NCBI GenBank assembly: GCA_905236195.1
Contig: CAJOOX010000039.1
Coordinates: forward strand, 1-33,967
Direction: 5' to 3'
Length of the DNA: 33,967 nt
Source: an uncultured Bacteroidales bacterium
Lineage (GTDB): Bacteria > Bacteroidota > Bacteroidia > Bacteroidales > UBA3663
The position numbers were made by a program, and so were the translations under genes. The notes under the pieces are model-generated. The model ran no database searches. It was not told the origin of the DNA and saw only the letters and a list, made by a program, of their open reading frames with translations. Of the stretch, positions 18,027-26,015 are shown piece after piece; the first letter of the stretch is position 1, and each line of letters opens with the position of its first letter.

Positions 18027-19394
18027 ATGAATAAATTCGAAAAGACGCTTGAGTTTATCAAGCAGACTATCACACAAGAGTCACCGTTCTGGATGCATAT
18101 CTGGCTCGTTGGAGGCTGCGTTAGGGATGAGCTGCTGGGCGAACGTTATTCTGATCTCGACCTGCTCATCGACCTTCCCCAGGGACAGAAGCAATTCGTA
18201 GAATACATGTGCAAGACTTATCCCGACGTTTGTCGCGGTCCGTTCTACTATCAGCGGTACGGAACCACGGCGATGGACGTCATCATTGACGATGCCCTGA
18301 CCCTTGTGGAATGTGTCGAGCCCCATGTCGAGAACTATGCTGACGACGGTGTAACCTTGCTCGAAACACGGTTCTGTTCGCTCGAGGAGGATGCCGTGCG
18401 GCGTGACTACACCTGCAATGCGCTCTACAAGAACCTCCATTCCGGACAGGTGGCCGACCCAACCGGAAAGGGGCTCGATGATCTCAATGCCGGGCTGCTG
18501 CGAACACCGCGCGATCCCGAAACCATCTATCGTCAGGACCCCGTGCGTATGCTCCGTGGCATCCGTTTCAAACACCAGAAAGGGTTCCGTCTCGACGAAG
18601 CTGCATGGGACGCTATTCTGCACTATCATGAAGAAATAGCCAAATCCGCCCCGAAACGGCTGCGTGACGAACTCAACAAACTCCTCAAGACCGCTTCCTT
18701 CGGTGAAGCCGTCAACGACCTCCTCATCTGCGGTCTCCTGCCCTATGTTTTCCCGGGTCTGAACGAATATTTCGAAGACAATACTCATATGGATTGCTGC
18801 GAAGAGGTGGGTACAACCCTCTGGCAGCATACCCGCATGGCTCTTTATACCCTGCTGAAAGAACATCCCCATGCCGACACAGTTTCCAAATTGGCCGTCC
18901 TGATGACTGACATTGCCGACAAGGCTGGCATCAGCCACACCCAGGAACTGCTCCACGGTGCCCTTATCGGCAAGGAAAAGGCAAGCAGCGTGCTCTACAC
19001 CATCCAGTGTTACCAGCGGTTCCGCTCTTTCTATGGAGAAAACCAGACCTACCTCGGGAAAAACCGAACGCTCCCCCATTTCATCAAAGGTCTCAACAGT
19101 AATAAAACGGAATTCCGGCGCATCGTTAGGGCCATGAACAGTGGACTCCGGCCGGAACTGCGGCTCCCCTACAACATCTTCTACGACAACGCAAAACTCC
19201 CCGAGAGCAGAAACGACAGTTCAACCCGTCGGAAGAAGATGCCGGCTCTACATGAGGCTGTACATGAACCCCTGCCCCTCTCCGAGGCTCAGAAACTTCG
19301 CAATCACAAACGTAACCTGAAACGCAAGGAACAGCGTCGCCGTGCCAAGGCAAAACGCAGGGCAGCGAATCAAAACAAAGAACCACAGGATTAA
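18027..19394 (+). CDS. tRNA nucleotidyltransferase / poly(A) polymerase family protein (CCA-adding-enzyme-like) with a Lys/Arg-rich C-terminal tail
   Basis: The 455-aa ORF has the class II nucleotidyltransferase head motif WLVGGCVRDELLGERYSDLDLLID and RRDYTCNALY. The C-terminal ~55 aa are strongly basic (KRNLKRKEQRRRAKAKRRAANQNK). Confidence 0.88.
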   Translation: MNKFEKTLEFIKQTITQESPFWMHIWLVGGCVRDELLGERYSDLDLLIDLPQGQKQFVEYMCKTYPDVCRGPFYYQRYGTTAMDVIIDDALTLVECVEPHVENYADDGVTLLETRFCSLEEDAVRRDYTCNALYKNLHSGQVADPTGKGLDDLNAGLLRTPRDPETIYRQDPVRMLRGIRFKHQKGFRLDEAAWDAILHYHEEIAKSAPKRLRDELNKLLKTASFGEAVNDLLICGLLPYVFPGLNEYFEDNTHMDCCEEVGTTLWQHTRMALYTLLKEHPHADTVSKLAVLMTDIADKAGISHTQELLHGALIGKEKASSVLYTIQCYQRFRSFYGENQTYLGKNRTLPHFIKGLNSNKTEFRRIVRAMNSGLRPELRLPYNIFYDNAKLPESRNDSSTRRKKMPALHEAVHEPLPLSEAQKLRNHKRNLKRKEQRRRAKAKRRAANQNKEPQD

Positions 19395-19478
19395 CCCGTG
19401 GTCCTTTTACTTTTATTCTATATATTCCGACTCCCCCCTCGTCTTCTCCCTCCTTTCAAGAAGGGGTGGGGTGAATCG

Positions 19479-20342
19479 TTATTCGCTCATAATCGGCTTG
19501 TGCACTGCCACCACCGCCCAATGGTTCCGGCTCTTGCTGTACCCGAACTCAAAACCCAGGCGTTCCGCCTTGGCCCGGATCAGCGGTATGTCTTCTTCAA
19601 AGAATCCGCTCATAAGCAGGACTCCGTCATATTTCAGCACACGCCCGTAAGTCTCCATGTCGGCAATCAGCACATTGCGGTTGATATTAGCCACTATCAG
19701 GTCATAAGAGCCGTACTCCTGCAACAAAGAAGCGTCGCCACAGTCCACCGTCACGATTTCGTTCACACCATTCACCATCACATTGTCGGTCGCATTGGCG
19801 GCAACCCAGTCGTCGATTTCAATGGCTCTGACACGTTTGGCTCCGCATTTGGCACACAGAATTGCCAGCACTCCCGTGCCGGTGCCCATGTCCAGACAGG
19901 TCTTGCCCTTCAGTGGGACTCGAAGTATTTCCTCGAGCAACTGGGCCGTCGTCTCATGGTGACCCGACCCGAACGACATCCGGGGTTCAATCACTATATC
20001 ATAGCGGCAGGCGGGGATATCGGTAGCCAACGGAGAATGAACCGCACAGAGTTTGCCGATCACGATGGGCTCTACATTCTGCTGCTCCTCCCACTCCAGA
20101 TTCCAGTCTTCGGTGGCTACTTCCTGGGCTGTAAACGAACATGTGACGTCCGGTACGGGAAAATCTTCCAGCACTTTCTGTACGCCTGTGGCCGAATACT
20201 TGTCCGTCGGACAGTAGGCTAGCAGCCCGTCTTTGGCATTCGTGAAACTTTCATACCCCAGTGGCGCAAGCAGCGATGCCAGGATATCGCATGTGGCTTC
20301 ACTCATCGGCTGTGGATGCAGATGCAGTTCGATATAATTCAT
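19479..20342 (-). CDS. prmA: Ribosomal protein L11 methyltransferase
   Basis: The ORF has a PrmA-like N-terminal domain (MNYIELHLHPQPMSEATCDILASLL...) and the SAM-binding motif CLDMGTGTGVLAILCAKCGA...AIEID. I place the start at the ATG at 20340-20342 rather than the ORF-track start at 20429, because a -7 box lies at 20370-20377. Confidence 0.88.
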   Translation of the reverse strand: MNYIELHLHPQPMSEATCDILASLLAPLGYESFTNAKDGLLAYCPTDKYSATGVQKVLEDFPVPDVTCSFTAQEVATEDWNLEWEEQQNVEPIVIGKLCAVHSPLATDIPACRYDIVIEPRMSFGSGHHETTAQLLEEILRVPLKGKTCLDMGTGTGVLAILCAKCGAKRVRAIEIDDWVAANATDNVMVNGVNEIVTVDCGDASLLQEYGSYDLIVANINRNVLIADMETYGRVLKYDGVLLMSGFFEEDIPLIRAKAERLGFEFGYSKSRNHWAVVAVHKPIMSE

Positions 20343-20369
20343 AGAGTCGAAGAATTTAGTTTTGTGCTG

Positions 20370-20377
20370 CAAATTTA
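20370..20377 (-). promoter_or_regulatory. Candidate -7 box (TAAATTTG on the minus strand) for prmA
   Basis: The plus strand reads caaattta at 20370-20377, ~28 nt upstream of the ATG at 20342. Confidence 0.45.
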
Positions 20378-20492
20378 ATAAAAATTCCCATTTCGGGATA
20401 CAATTCATCGATAAAAATGAACAATTCATTGATTTTTTTGAAGATTTAGGGTTAAATTTGCGTTTTTGATGTCTGAAAATTAAAAAAAATGC

Positions 20493-20500
20493 TATCTTTG
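20493..20500 (+). promoter_or_regulatory. Candidate -7 box (TATCTTTG) for the low-complexity protein / FadL-like barrel / helicase unit
   Basis: The sequence gcTATCTTTGcacc at 20493-20500 lies ~50 nt upstream of the ATG at 20550. The nearest TTTG (20465-20468) is 24 nt upstream, which is longer than the ideal spacing. Confidence 0.5.
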
Positions 20501-20549
20501 CACCAACAAATGAAGTTACATACTTTATAAACTAAAATTAACAGCAACG

Positions 20550-21881
20550 ATGAAAAAGATGATTCTGGCTGCACTCGCAATGGCGGTGTCCTTGCCGGCA
20601 GCAACTTTCACTTATGCGCAGTATGATGACGACATCTACTTCAGCAGCAGTAGCGCCGAGAGGTACGAACCCGTCCGGGAGACAGTGATGGAAGAATGGT
20701 CCACCAATGCCAACAACGACTGGGACATCGACTCCTACAATCGTCGCTCCGCCGATGTGCCCCTCTATTCCGCATCGACTGATGATACCTACACCCAAAG
20801 TGTAACGTCCAACAGGCACCAGAACTTCCAGTTCGGTACCGAACAGGCCTCTGCCGACGACAATATCATCCACGACACAGTCTATGTGGTTGAAAACTAT
20901 TATTATACCGACCGCATCCGCCGGTTCCACAATCCCTGGTGCTCCTACCATATCTGGAATCCCTATTGGGATGTCGCCTACTGGGATCCGTTCTACTGGG
21001 ATTACTGCTACTGGGATCCGTGGTGGTACGTGTCTCCCTCATTCGGGTTCCACTACGGCAGCTGGTACTGGGGTTGGAACTACGGCTACTACACGGGCTG
21101 GTACGGCGGCTGGTATTCCCCCTTCTACCGTCCCTTCCCCCACTATTACGGGCCTTACTATGGTGGCAGCCATCACGGATGGCATTCCCTTCCCAACCAG
21201 GGTCCCCGCACCAACAACATGGGCGGCAGCTATGCCCGCAACAACCGTAACGGTGCACGGCGTCCGGACAACCGTCACTACACGGCCGATGCTCGCCGCA
21301 GCGGCATCGAGGGCGGCGGGGCTTCCTATTCCACTCGCGGGGCTTCTGCCAACCGCAACAGCAACATGCGGATGAGCAACGACCAGATCTCGCGTAACGC
21401 CGGAACCCGCTCCGACAGCCGCAACCTCACCACCGGTGGAACTACCGTTCGCAGTAACCGCGGTGAAAACTACACCCGTTCCGCTGCAACCGTTGCCAAC
21501 CGGGCCCAGGCCAACAACAGCAATGCGCGCCGGCAGGCCAATGGCGTACGCCAGAACAGCAGCGGACGCACCTACCGCTCTACCGAACGCGCCGCTTCCA
21601 GCAGCAATTCGTTCAATCGCAGTACCGCGACCCGGTCCTCTTCCTACCGCAGCGGCTCATCGCGTTCCTACAACAACGCGTCCAGCTCCAGCAACAACTC
21701 CAGCAACAGCTCCAGCAGCTCTTCTACCCGTTCCTACACGCCTTCCAACTCGTCGTCTTCCTCCTACTCCGGCGGAAGCTACTCTGGTGGCCGTTCCAGC
21801 GGAAGCAGCGGAAGCTTCGGTGGTCGATCCGGCGGTAGTAGCGGAAGCTTCGGTGGTCGCTCCGGCGGCGGTCGTCGTTAA
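20550..21881 (+). CDS. Secreted low-complexity protein with a signal peptide, an extreme Trp/Tyr-rich block and a Ser/Arg/Asn/Gly-rich disordered C-terminal half
   Basis: The signal peptide is MKKMILAALAMAVSLPAATFTYAQ. The aromatic block is WNPYWDVAYWDPFYWDYCYWDPWWYVSPSFGFHYGSWYWGWNYGYYTGWYGGWYSPFYRPFPHYYGPYYGG. About 220 aa rich in S, R, N, G, T and A follow, ending GGRSSGSSGSFGGRSGGSSGSFGGRSGGGRR. A promoter box lies upstream and the gap to the next gene is short (41 nt to the ATG at 21923). Confidence 0.78.
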   Translation: MKKMILAALAMAVSLPAATFTYAQYDDDIYFSSSSAERYEPVRETVMEEWSTNANNDWDIDSYNRRSADVPLYSASTDDTYTQSVTSNRHQNFQFGTEQASADDNIIHDTVYVVENYYYTDRIRRFHNPWCSYHIWNPYWDVAYWDPFYWDYCYWDPWWYVSPSFGFHYGSWYWGWNYGYYTGWYGGWYSPFYRPFPHYYGPYYGGSHHGWHSLPNQGPRTNNMGGSYARNNRNGARRPDNRHYTADARRSGIEGGGASYSTRGASANRNSNMRMSNDQISRNAGTRSDSRNLTTGGTTVRSNRGENYTRSAATVANRAQANNSNARRQANGVRQNSSGRTYRSTERAASSSNSFNRSTATRSSSYRSGSSRSYNNASSSSNNSSNSSSSSSTRSYTPSNSSSSSYSGGSYSGGRSSGSSGSFGGRSGGSSGSFGGRSGGGRR

Positions 21882-21922
21882 CCCCTTTCCTCTCTTTAAT
21901 ATTTGATAATATTTTGAATCTG

Positions 21923-23572
21923 ATGAAATATCTCCCGATAATCCTTCCGGCAGTGCTGTTTACTACAGTTGCCAATGCTCAGAATGTAGTCGATGCATCT
22001 CGTTTCTCCGAGACTACGCTCTCAGGCACAGCCCGCTACCGTTCCATGGGCGGAGCTTTCGGTGCCGTGGGCGGCGACGCTACGGCCATGACAGACAACC
22101 CAGCCGGTCTGGGCATCTACCGCGGCACCAGCGAGGTGTCTTTCACGCCCCAGGTGACAACCTACAACACCTCCACCAAGGGCGATATCGAGAAGGATAC
22201 TCGCAAGACGGGATTCTCGATGAGCAACCTCACCTATGTCATTTCCTTCAATACCGAAGATGCCGGTGAACTCATCAATTTCAACATCGGCGTCGGCTTC
22301 AACCACTCTGAGGGTGTAGATCGCAAATACCGCTCCTATCTGGGCAATCCCAATTCGTCATTCGGTGCCTATCTGGCCAACCAGGCCAACAATTTCCTGG
22401 TCAACACGGGGCGTTACAACACCCCCGGTTACCTCGAGACCGACCGTCCCGAAAACATGATAGAGATGGGCTACAACAGCTATGCCCTCGACGATGCTCG
22501 CGATGCCAGCGGCAATCTCGTCGGTGTGTGCAGCTTCGACCAGGCCGAGGGACTCGCCAATACCCAGACTCTTTCCGTCCGGGAGAAGACCCGCATGGAC
22601 GAGTACAACATCTCGGCGGCGGCCAACTGGAGCAACATGATCTACGCCGGCCTCACCCTCAGCATCGTCGATTTCAACTCCATTGTCGAGAGTGAGTACA
22701 ACGAGGACTATAAGAACACAGGCAGCTACACCGACTATTTCAACAACCTTGAGTCCAAAGGTTCCGGTGTGAACCTCAAGCTCGGACTGCTCTTCAAACC
22801 CATCGATGCCTGGCGCATCGGCCTCTCTTTCCATACGCCCACATGGATGTATATGAAGGACATCTACGACGGTTCGATGTACACCAATGCCACTGGAGGA
22901 AAGAGCCGAACCGGCTCCTACGAGTACAAGTACCGCATCAACACGCCCTGGGAACTCCAGTTCTCCACGGCCTACGTCATCGGCAACCGCGGTCTCGTCA
23001 GTTTTGAGTACGACATGAAGGACTTCTCGTCCGCTTCCTACAAGGAGGACAAGTCAAATGATCAGGATCTCCTAGATGTCACCAACGATGTCATCAAGGA
23101 CTACATGCAGCCCCAGCACATCTTCAAAGTAGGCGGCGAGTTCCGTGCCACACCCCGTTTCTCGCTTCGTGTAGGCTATCAGTACCGCACCTCACCCTTC
23201 AAGAAGGAGGTCTTCGACGAGATGGCAGGACGTTCCTGGTTCACGACCGACGGTTCGGGCACCTGGGGCGACGACAATGAGACGCTCTTCTCCTCTTCCA
23301 CCAAACCCAACTACTCCGTCACCGACGACCAGCACTACTTCTGCATAGGCTGCGGCTGGAAGGGCCACGGCTGGTTCATTGACCTCGCTTTTGTCGACCA
23401 GTTCCGCAAGGACAAGATTGCGGCTTTCCCCACCACCGACGCCCTCATGGGCTTCGACAACGGAAATGCTGTCATGAGTTCTTACAGTGAAGACGGTGCA
23501 GTCACGGCCAACCACATCGACATGAAGTCCAATATCATGTCATGGGATGTGACTTTTGGTTTCAAATTCTAA
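21923..23572 (+). CDS. FadL/TodX-like outer-membrane beta-barrel protein (OM transport protein family)
   Basis: The signal peptide MKYLPIILPAVLFTTVANAQ starts at the ATG at 21923; the ORF-track start at 21914 is a TTG. The N-terminal motif ARYRSMGGAFGAVGGDATAMTDNPAGLGIY resembles the conserved FadL-family N-terminal segment. The sequence has alternating beta-strand character and ends in a C-terminal Phe (...WDVTFGFKF). Confidence 0.82.
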   Translation: MKYLPIILPAVLFTTVANAQNVVDASRFSETTLSGTARYRSMGGAFGAVGGDATAMTDNPAGLGIYRGTSEVSFTPQVTTYNTSTKGDIEKDTRKTGFSMSNLTYVISFNTEDAGELINFNIGVGFNHSEGVDRKYRSYLGNPNSSFGAYLANQANNFLVNTGRYNTPGYLETDRPENMIEMGYNSYALDDARDASGNLVGVCSFDQAEGLANTQTLSVREKTRMDEYNISAAANWSNMIYAGLTLSIVDFNSIVESEYNEDYKNTGSYTDYFNNLESKGSGVNLKLGLLFKPIDAWRIGLSFHTPTWMYMKDIYDGSMYTNATGGKSRTGSYEYKYRINTPWELQFSTAYVIGNRGLVSFEYDMKDFSSASYKEDKSNDQDLLDVTNDVIKDYMQPQHIFKVGGEFRATPRFSLRVGYQYRTSPFKKEVFDEMAGRSWFTTDGSGTWGDDNETLFSSSTKPNYSVTDDQHYFCIGCGWKGHGWFIDLAFVDQFRKDKIAAFPTTDALMGFDNGNAVMSSYSEDGAVTANHIDMKSNIMSWDVTFGFKF

Positions 23573-25882
23573 ATGGAAGCAGAATTTCTCTCCCAACTGA
23601 ACAGTTCCCAACGAGAGGCCGTTACGTATTGTGACGGTCCTCAGTTGGTTATAGCGGGTGCCGGTTCCGGCAAAACGCGCGTCCTCACCTACAAGATAGC
23701 CTACCTTCTCCAGAACGGTTACCACAGCGACGAGATTTTGACCCTCACCTTCACTAAGAAGGCCGCAACCGAGATGAAGAACCGTATCACCACGCTCGTC
23801 GGGCCCAACCTCTCCCGACGCCTCTGGATGGGCACGTTCCACTCCGTTTTTGCACGCATATTGAGAAAGGAGGCCGAACGCATCGGCTACAAGCGCGACT
23901 TCACCATCTACGACCAGTCCGACTCGCGTTCCCTCTTCAAGACCATTATCAAGGAGATGCAGCTCGATGACAAGAAATACAAACCCGCAAGTGTGCAGGC
24001 TTATATTTCCAACATGAAGAACAACCTCATCACCCCATCCATGTATCGCGGCAACGCCCAGCTCATGGACTACGACCGCAAGTCGGGACGCAGCCAGACC
24101 TCCGAGATTTATCTGCGCTATTGGAATCGGTGCCGCCAGGCGGGGGCCATGGACTTCGACGACCTCCTCCTCTACACCAACATCCTGTTCCGCGACTTCC
24201 CCGACGTGCTCGACTTCTACCGAAAGTGGTTCCGCTATGTCCTCGTCGATGAGTATCAGGACACCAACCGTGCCCAGCACCTCATCGTCGAACAGCTCGT
24301 GGGCGACCACCGTCACCTCACGGCCGTAGGCGACGATGCCCAGTCCATCTATTCTTTCCGCGGGGCCAATATCCGCAACATCCTCGACATGACCAAGTCG
24401 ATTCCCGGTACCCGCATCTTCAAACTCGAACAGAACTACCGTTCCACTCAGAATATCGTCGAGGCCGCCAACAGCCTCATCGCCAAGAACAGGCAGCAAA
24501 TCCCCAAGACCATCTTCTCCGAGAAGGAGCGCGGCTCCCTCCTGCAGCTCACGGGCAACTACTCCGACCTCGAGGAGGCATTCCAGGTCTCACGCCAGAT
24601 TGCCGCTCTCCACGACCGCGACCGCTTCCGTTACTCCGACTGCGCCATCCTCTACCGAACCAATGCCCAGAGCCGCAGCCTGGAGGAGAGCCTCCGCAAG
24701 AACGGCATCGACTATCGCATCTACGGAGGTCTGTCCTTCTACCAGCGTAAGGAAATCAAGGATATTCTGGCCTATATGCGCCTCACCGTCAATCCCGCCG
24801 ACGAAGAAGCCTTCAAACGCGTCGTCAACTACCCCGCCCGAGGCATCGGCGACACTTCCCTCTCGCGTGTGGCCGAGGCCGCCACTGCCCAGGGAAAGTC
24901 GTTCTACGAGATTTGTCAGGACCCGCTCTCCTACGGGGTGAAGGTCAACCGGCCCACTGCCGAACGCCTCCACTCGTTTACACTCCTCATCGACAACTTC
25001 CGTGCCATGGCCGACAATCTCAATGCCTACGAGACGGCGGTGGAGATTATCGCCCAATCCGGAATCAAGGCCGACCTGGGGGCAGATACTTCGGTCGAGG
25101 GTAAATCACGCCAGGAGAACGTCCAGGAACTCCTCTCAGCCATCGATATCTTTGTCCATTCGGCCATTGAGGAGGGTCGTCCCGACGAGACGCATCTCAT
25201 GGACTTTCTCCAGGACGTATCCCTCTCGGGCGATGTCGATCCCAACGAGCAGGACGATGCCGACCGCGACTGCGTGTCCCTCATGACTATTCATTCCGCC
25301 AAGGGTCTCGAATTCCCCAATGTCTTTGTCGTCGGACTGGAGGAAGGCCTCTTCCCCAACGACATGAGTTTCAACGAGCTGGGCGGCATCGAGGAGGAAC
25401 GTCGTCTCTTCTATGTGGCCATTACCCGTGCCGAGGTGAACTGTTTTCTCAGCTATGCCAAGTCGCGATTCCGCAACGGACGAAGCGAGGCGAATGCGCC
25501 ATCTCGGTTCCTCAAGGACATCGACAGCCGCTACATCCGCCAGACCAACGACATCTCCCCGCGCACCGACTATTCGGCTGCCTCCTCCGGCTCTTTCGGC
25601 GGCGTGTTCCGCACCCCCGTGAAATCCGTTCCCTCCGGATTATCCAAAGTTTCAATCCCCTCCGTAAAATCCGCACCCACCGTCCCCTCCGTAAAATCCG
25701 TCACAGCCTCCCCCGCCGGCGTTTCCTACGCCGTGGGCGACCGTATCCGCCACAACATGTTCGGCGAGGGGGTTATAGCGGCCATCGAGGGCGAAGGCGA
25801 CAACACTCGCCTCAAGGTCCGGTTCTCGGTCATGGGACTCAAAACACTCCTACTGAAATTCGCCAAACTCGAAAAATTGTAA
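23573..25882 (+). CDS. ATP-dependent DNA helicase, UvrD/PcrA/Rep family (SF1A), with a C-terminal Tudor-like domain
   Basis: The 769-aa ORF has helicase motifs I (AGAGSGKTRVLTYKIAYL), II (VLVDEYQDTN) and III (VGDDAQSIYSFRGA), plus QNYRST and TIHSAKGLEFPNVFVVG. The C-terminal sequence VGDRIRHNMFGEGVIAAIEGEGDNTRLKVRF resembles the PcrA/UvrD Tudor domain. The ATG directly abuts the previous stop (TAAATG). Confidence 0.93.
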   Translation: MEAEFLSQLNSSQREAVTYCDGPQLVIAGAGSGKTRVLTYKIAYLLQNGYHSDEILTLTFTKKAATEMKNRITTLVGPNLSRRLWMGTFHSVFARILRKEAERIGYKRDFTIYDQSDSRSLFKTIIKEMQLDDKKYKPASVQAYISNMKNNLITPSMYRGNAQLMDYDRKSGRSQTSEIYLRYWNRCRQAGAMDFDDLLLYTNILFRDFPDVLDFYRKWFRYVLVDEYQDTNRAQHLIVEQLVGDHRHLTAVGDDAQSIYSFRGANIRNILDMTKSIPGTRIFKLEQNYRSTQNIVEAANSLIAKNRQQIPKTIFSEKERGSLLQLTGNYSDLEEAFQVSRQIAALHDRDRFRYSDCAILYRTNAQSRSLEESLRKNGIDYRIYGGLSFYQRKEIKDILAYMRLTVNPADEEAFKRVVNYPARGIGDTSLSRVAEAATAQGKSFYEICQDPLSYGVKVNRPTAERLHSFTLLIDNFRAMADNLNAYETAVEIIAQSGIKADLGADTSVEGKSRQENVQELLSAIDIFVHSAIEEGRPDETHLMDFLQDVSLSGDVDPNEQDDADRDCVSLMTIHSAKGLEFPNVFVVGLEEGLFPNDMSFNELGGIEEERRLFYVAITRAEVNCFLSYAKSRFRNGRSEANAPSRFLKDIDSRYIRQTNDISPRTDYSAASSGSFGGVFRTPVKSVPSGLSKVSIPSVKSAPTVPSVKSVTASPAGVSYAVGDRIRHNMFGEGVIAAIEGEGDNTRLKVRFSVMGLKTLLLKFAKLEKL

Positions 25883-25902
25883 TCCTAAGATTGCATTTCA
25901 GA

Positions 25903-25940
25903 GAAAATCACCTCGATTTTCCCTTTCTTTTTTATTTTTT
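25903..25940 (+). terminator. Candidate rho-independent terminator after the helicase gene
   Basis: GAAAATC-acctc-GATTTTC forms a 7-bp AT-rich stem (25903-25909 / 25915-25921), followed by a long T-rich tract (ccctttcttttttattttttcgctttttt). Confidence 0.4.
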
Positions 25941-25951
25941 CGCTTTTTTCT

Positions 25952-25982
25952 TTTGTCATATCGTCTTAGTGTCCTATCTTTG
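25952..25982 (+). promoter_or_regulatory. Candidate promoter of the dual-ABC/GntR/efflux operon (-33 TTTG, -7 TATCTTTG)
   Basis: TTTG at 25952-25955 and TATCTTTG at 25975-25982 have a 19-nt spacer, ~34 nt upstream of the ATG at 26016. Confidence 0.55.
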
Positions 25983-25983
25983 C

Positions 25984-26010
25984 AGTGTACTAATTCACTA
26001 ATACACTAAT
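25984..26010. promoter_or_regulatory. Candidate operator, an inverted repeat AGTGTA-N12-TACACT overlaid on three 8-bp-phased ACTAAT direct repeats; possible binding site for the operon-encoded GntR
   Basis: AGTGTA at 25984-25989 and TACACT at 26002-26007 are reverse complements. ACTAAT occurs at 25989-25994, 25997-26002 and 26005-26010. The element lies between the -7 box and the start codon and contains the GT...AC cores typical of GntR-family operators. Confidence 0.3.
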
Positions 26011-26015
26011 TAAAT

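Noticed and set aside
19446-19471. A GC-rich hairpin (ctcccTCCTTtcaAGAAGGggtgggg) between the convergent nucleotidyltransferase and prmA genes, as a possible terminator.
   Set aside because: The stem needs G-U pairs and a bulge, is only good on the plus-strand RNA, and has no following U-tract. I did not list it as a feature, although it may still serve as a weak or factor-dependent terminator.
20866-21906. Multiple overlapping ORFs in other frames and on the other strand (20884-21375, 20939-21250, 21436-21906, 20866-21258, 21039-21278) within the low-complexity gene.
   Set aside because: They result from the extreme TGG/TAC/GGC and AGC/CGC composition. Only the 20550 frame has a signal peptide and a promoter-proximal ATG, and runs through the whole region.
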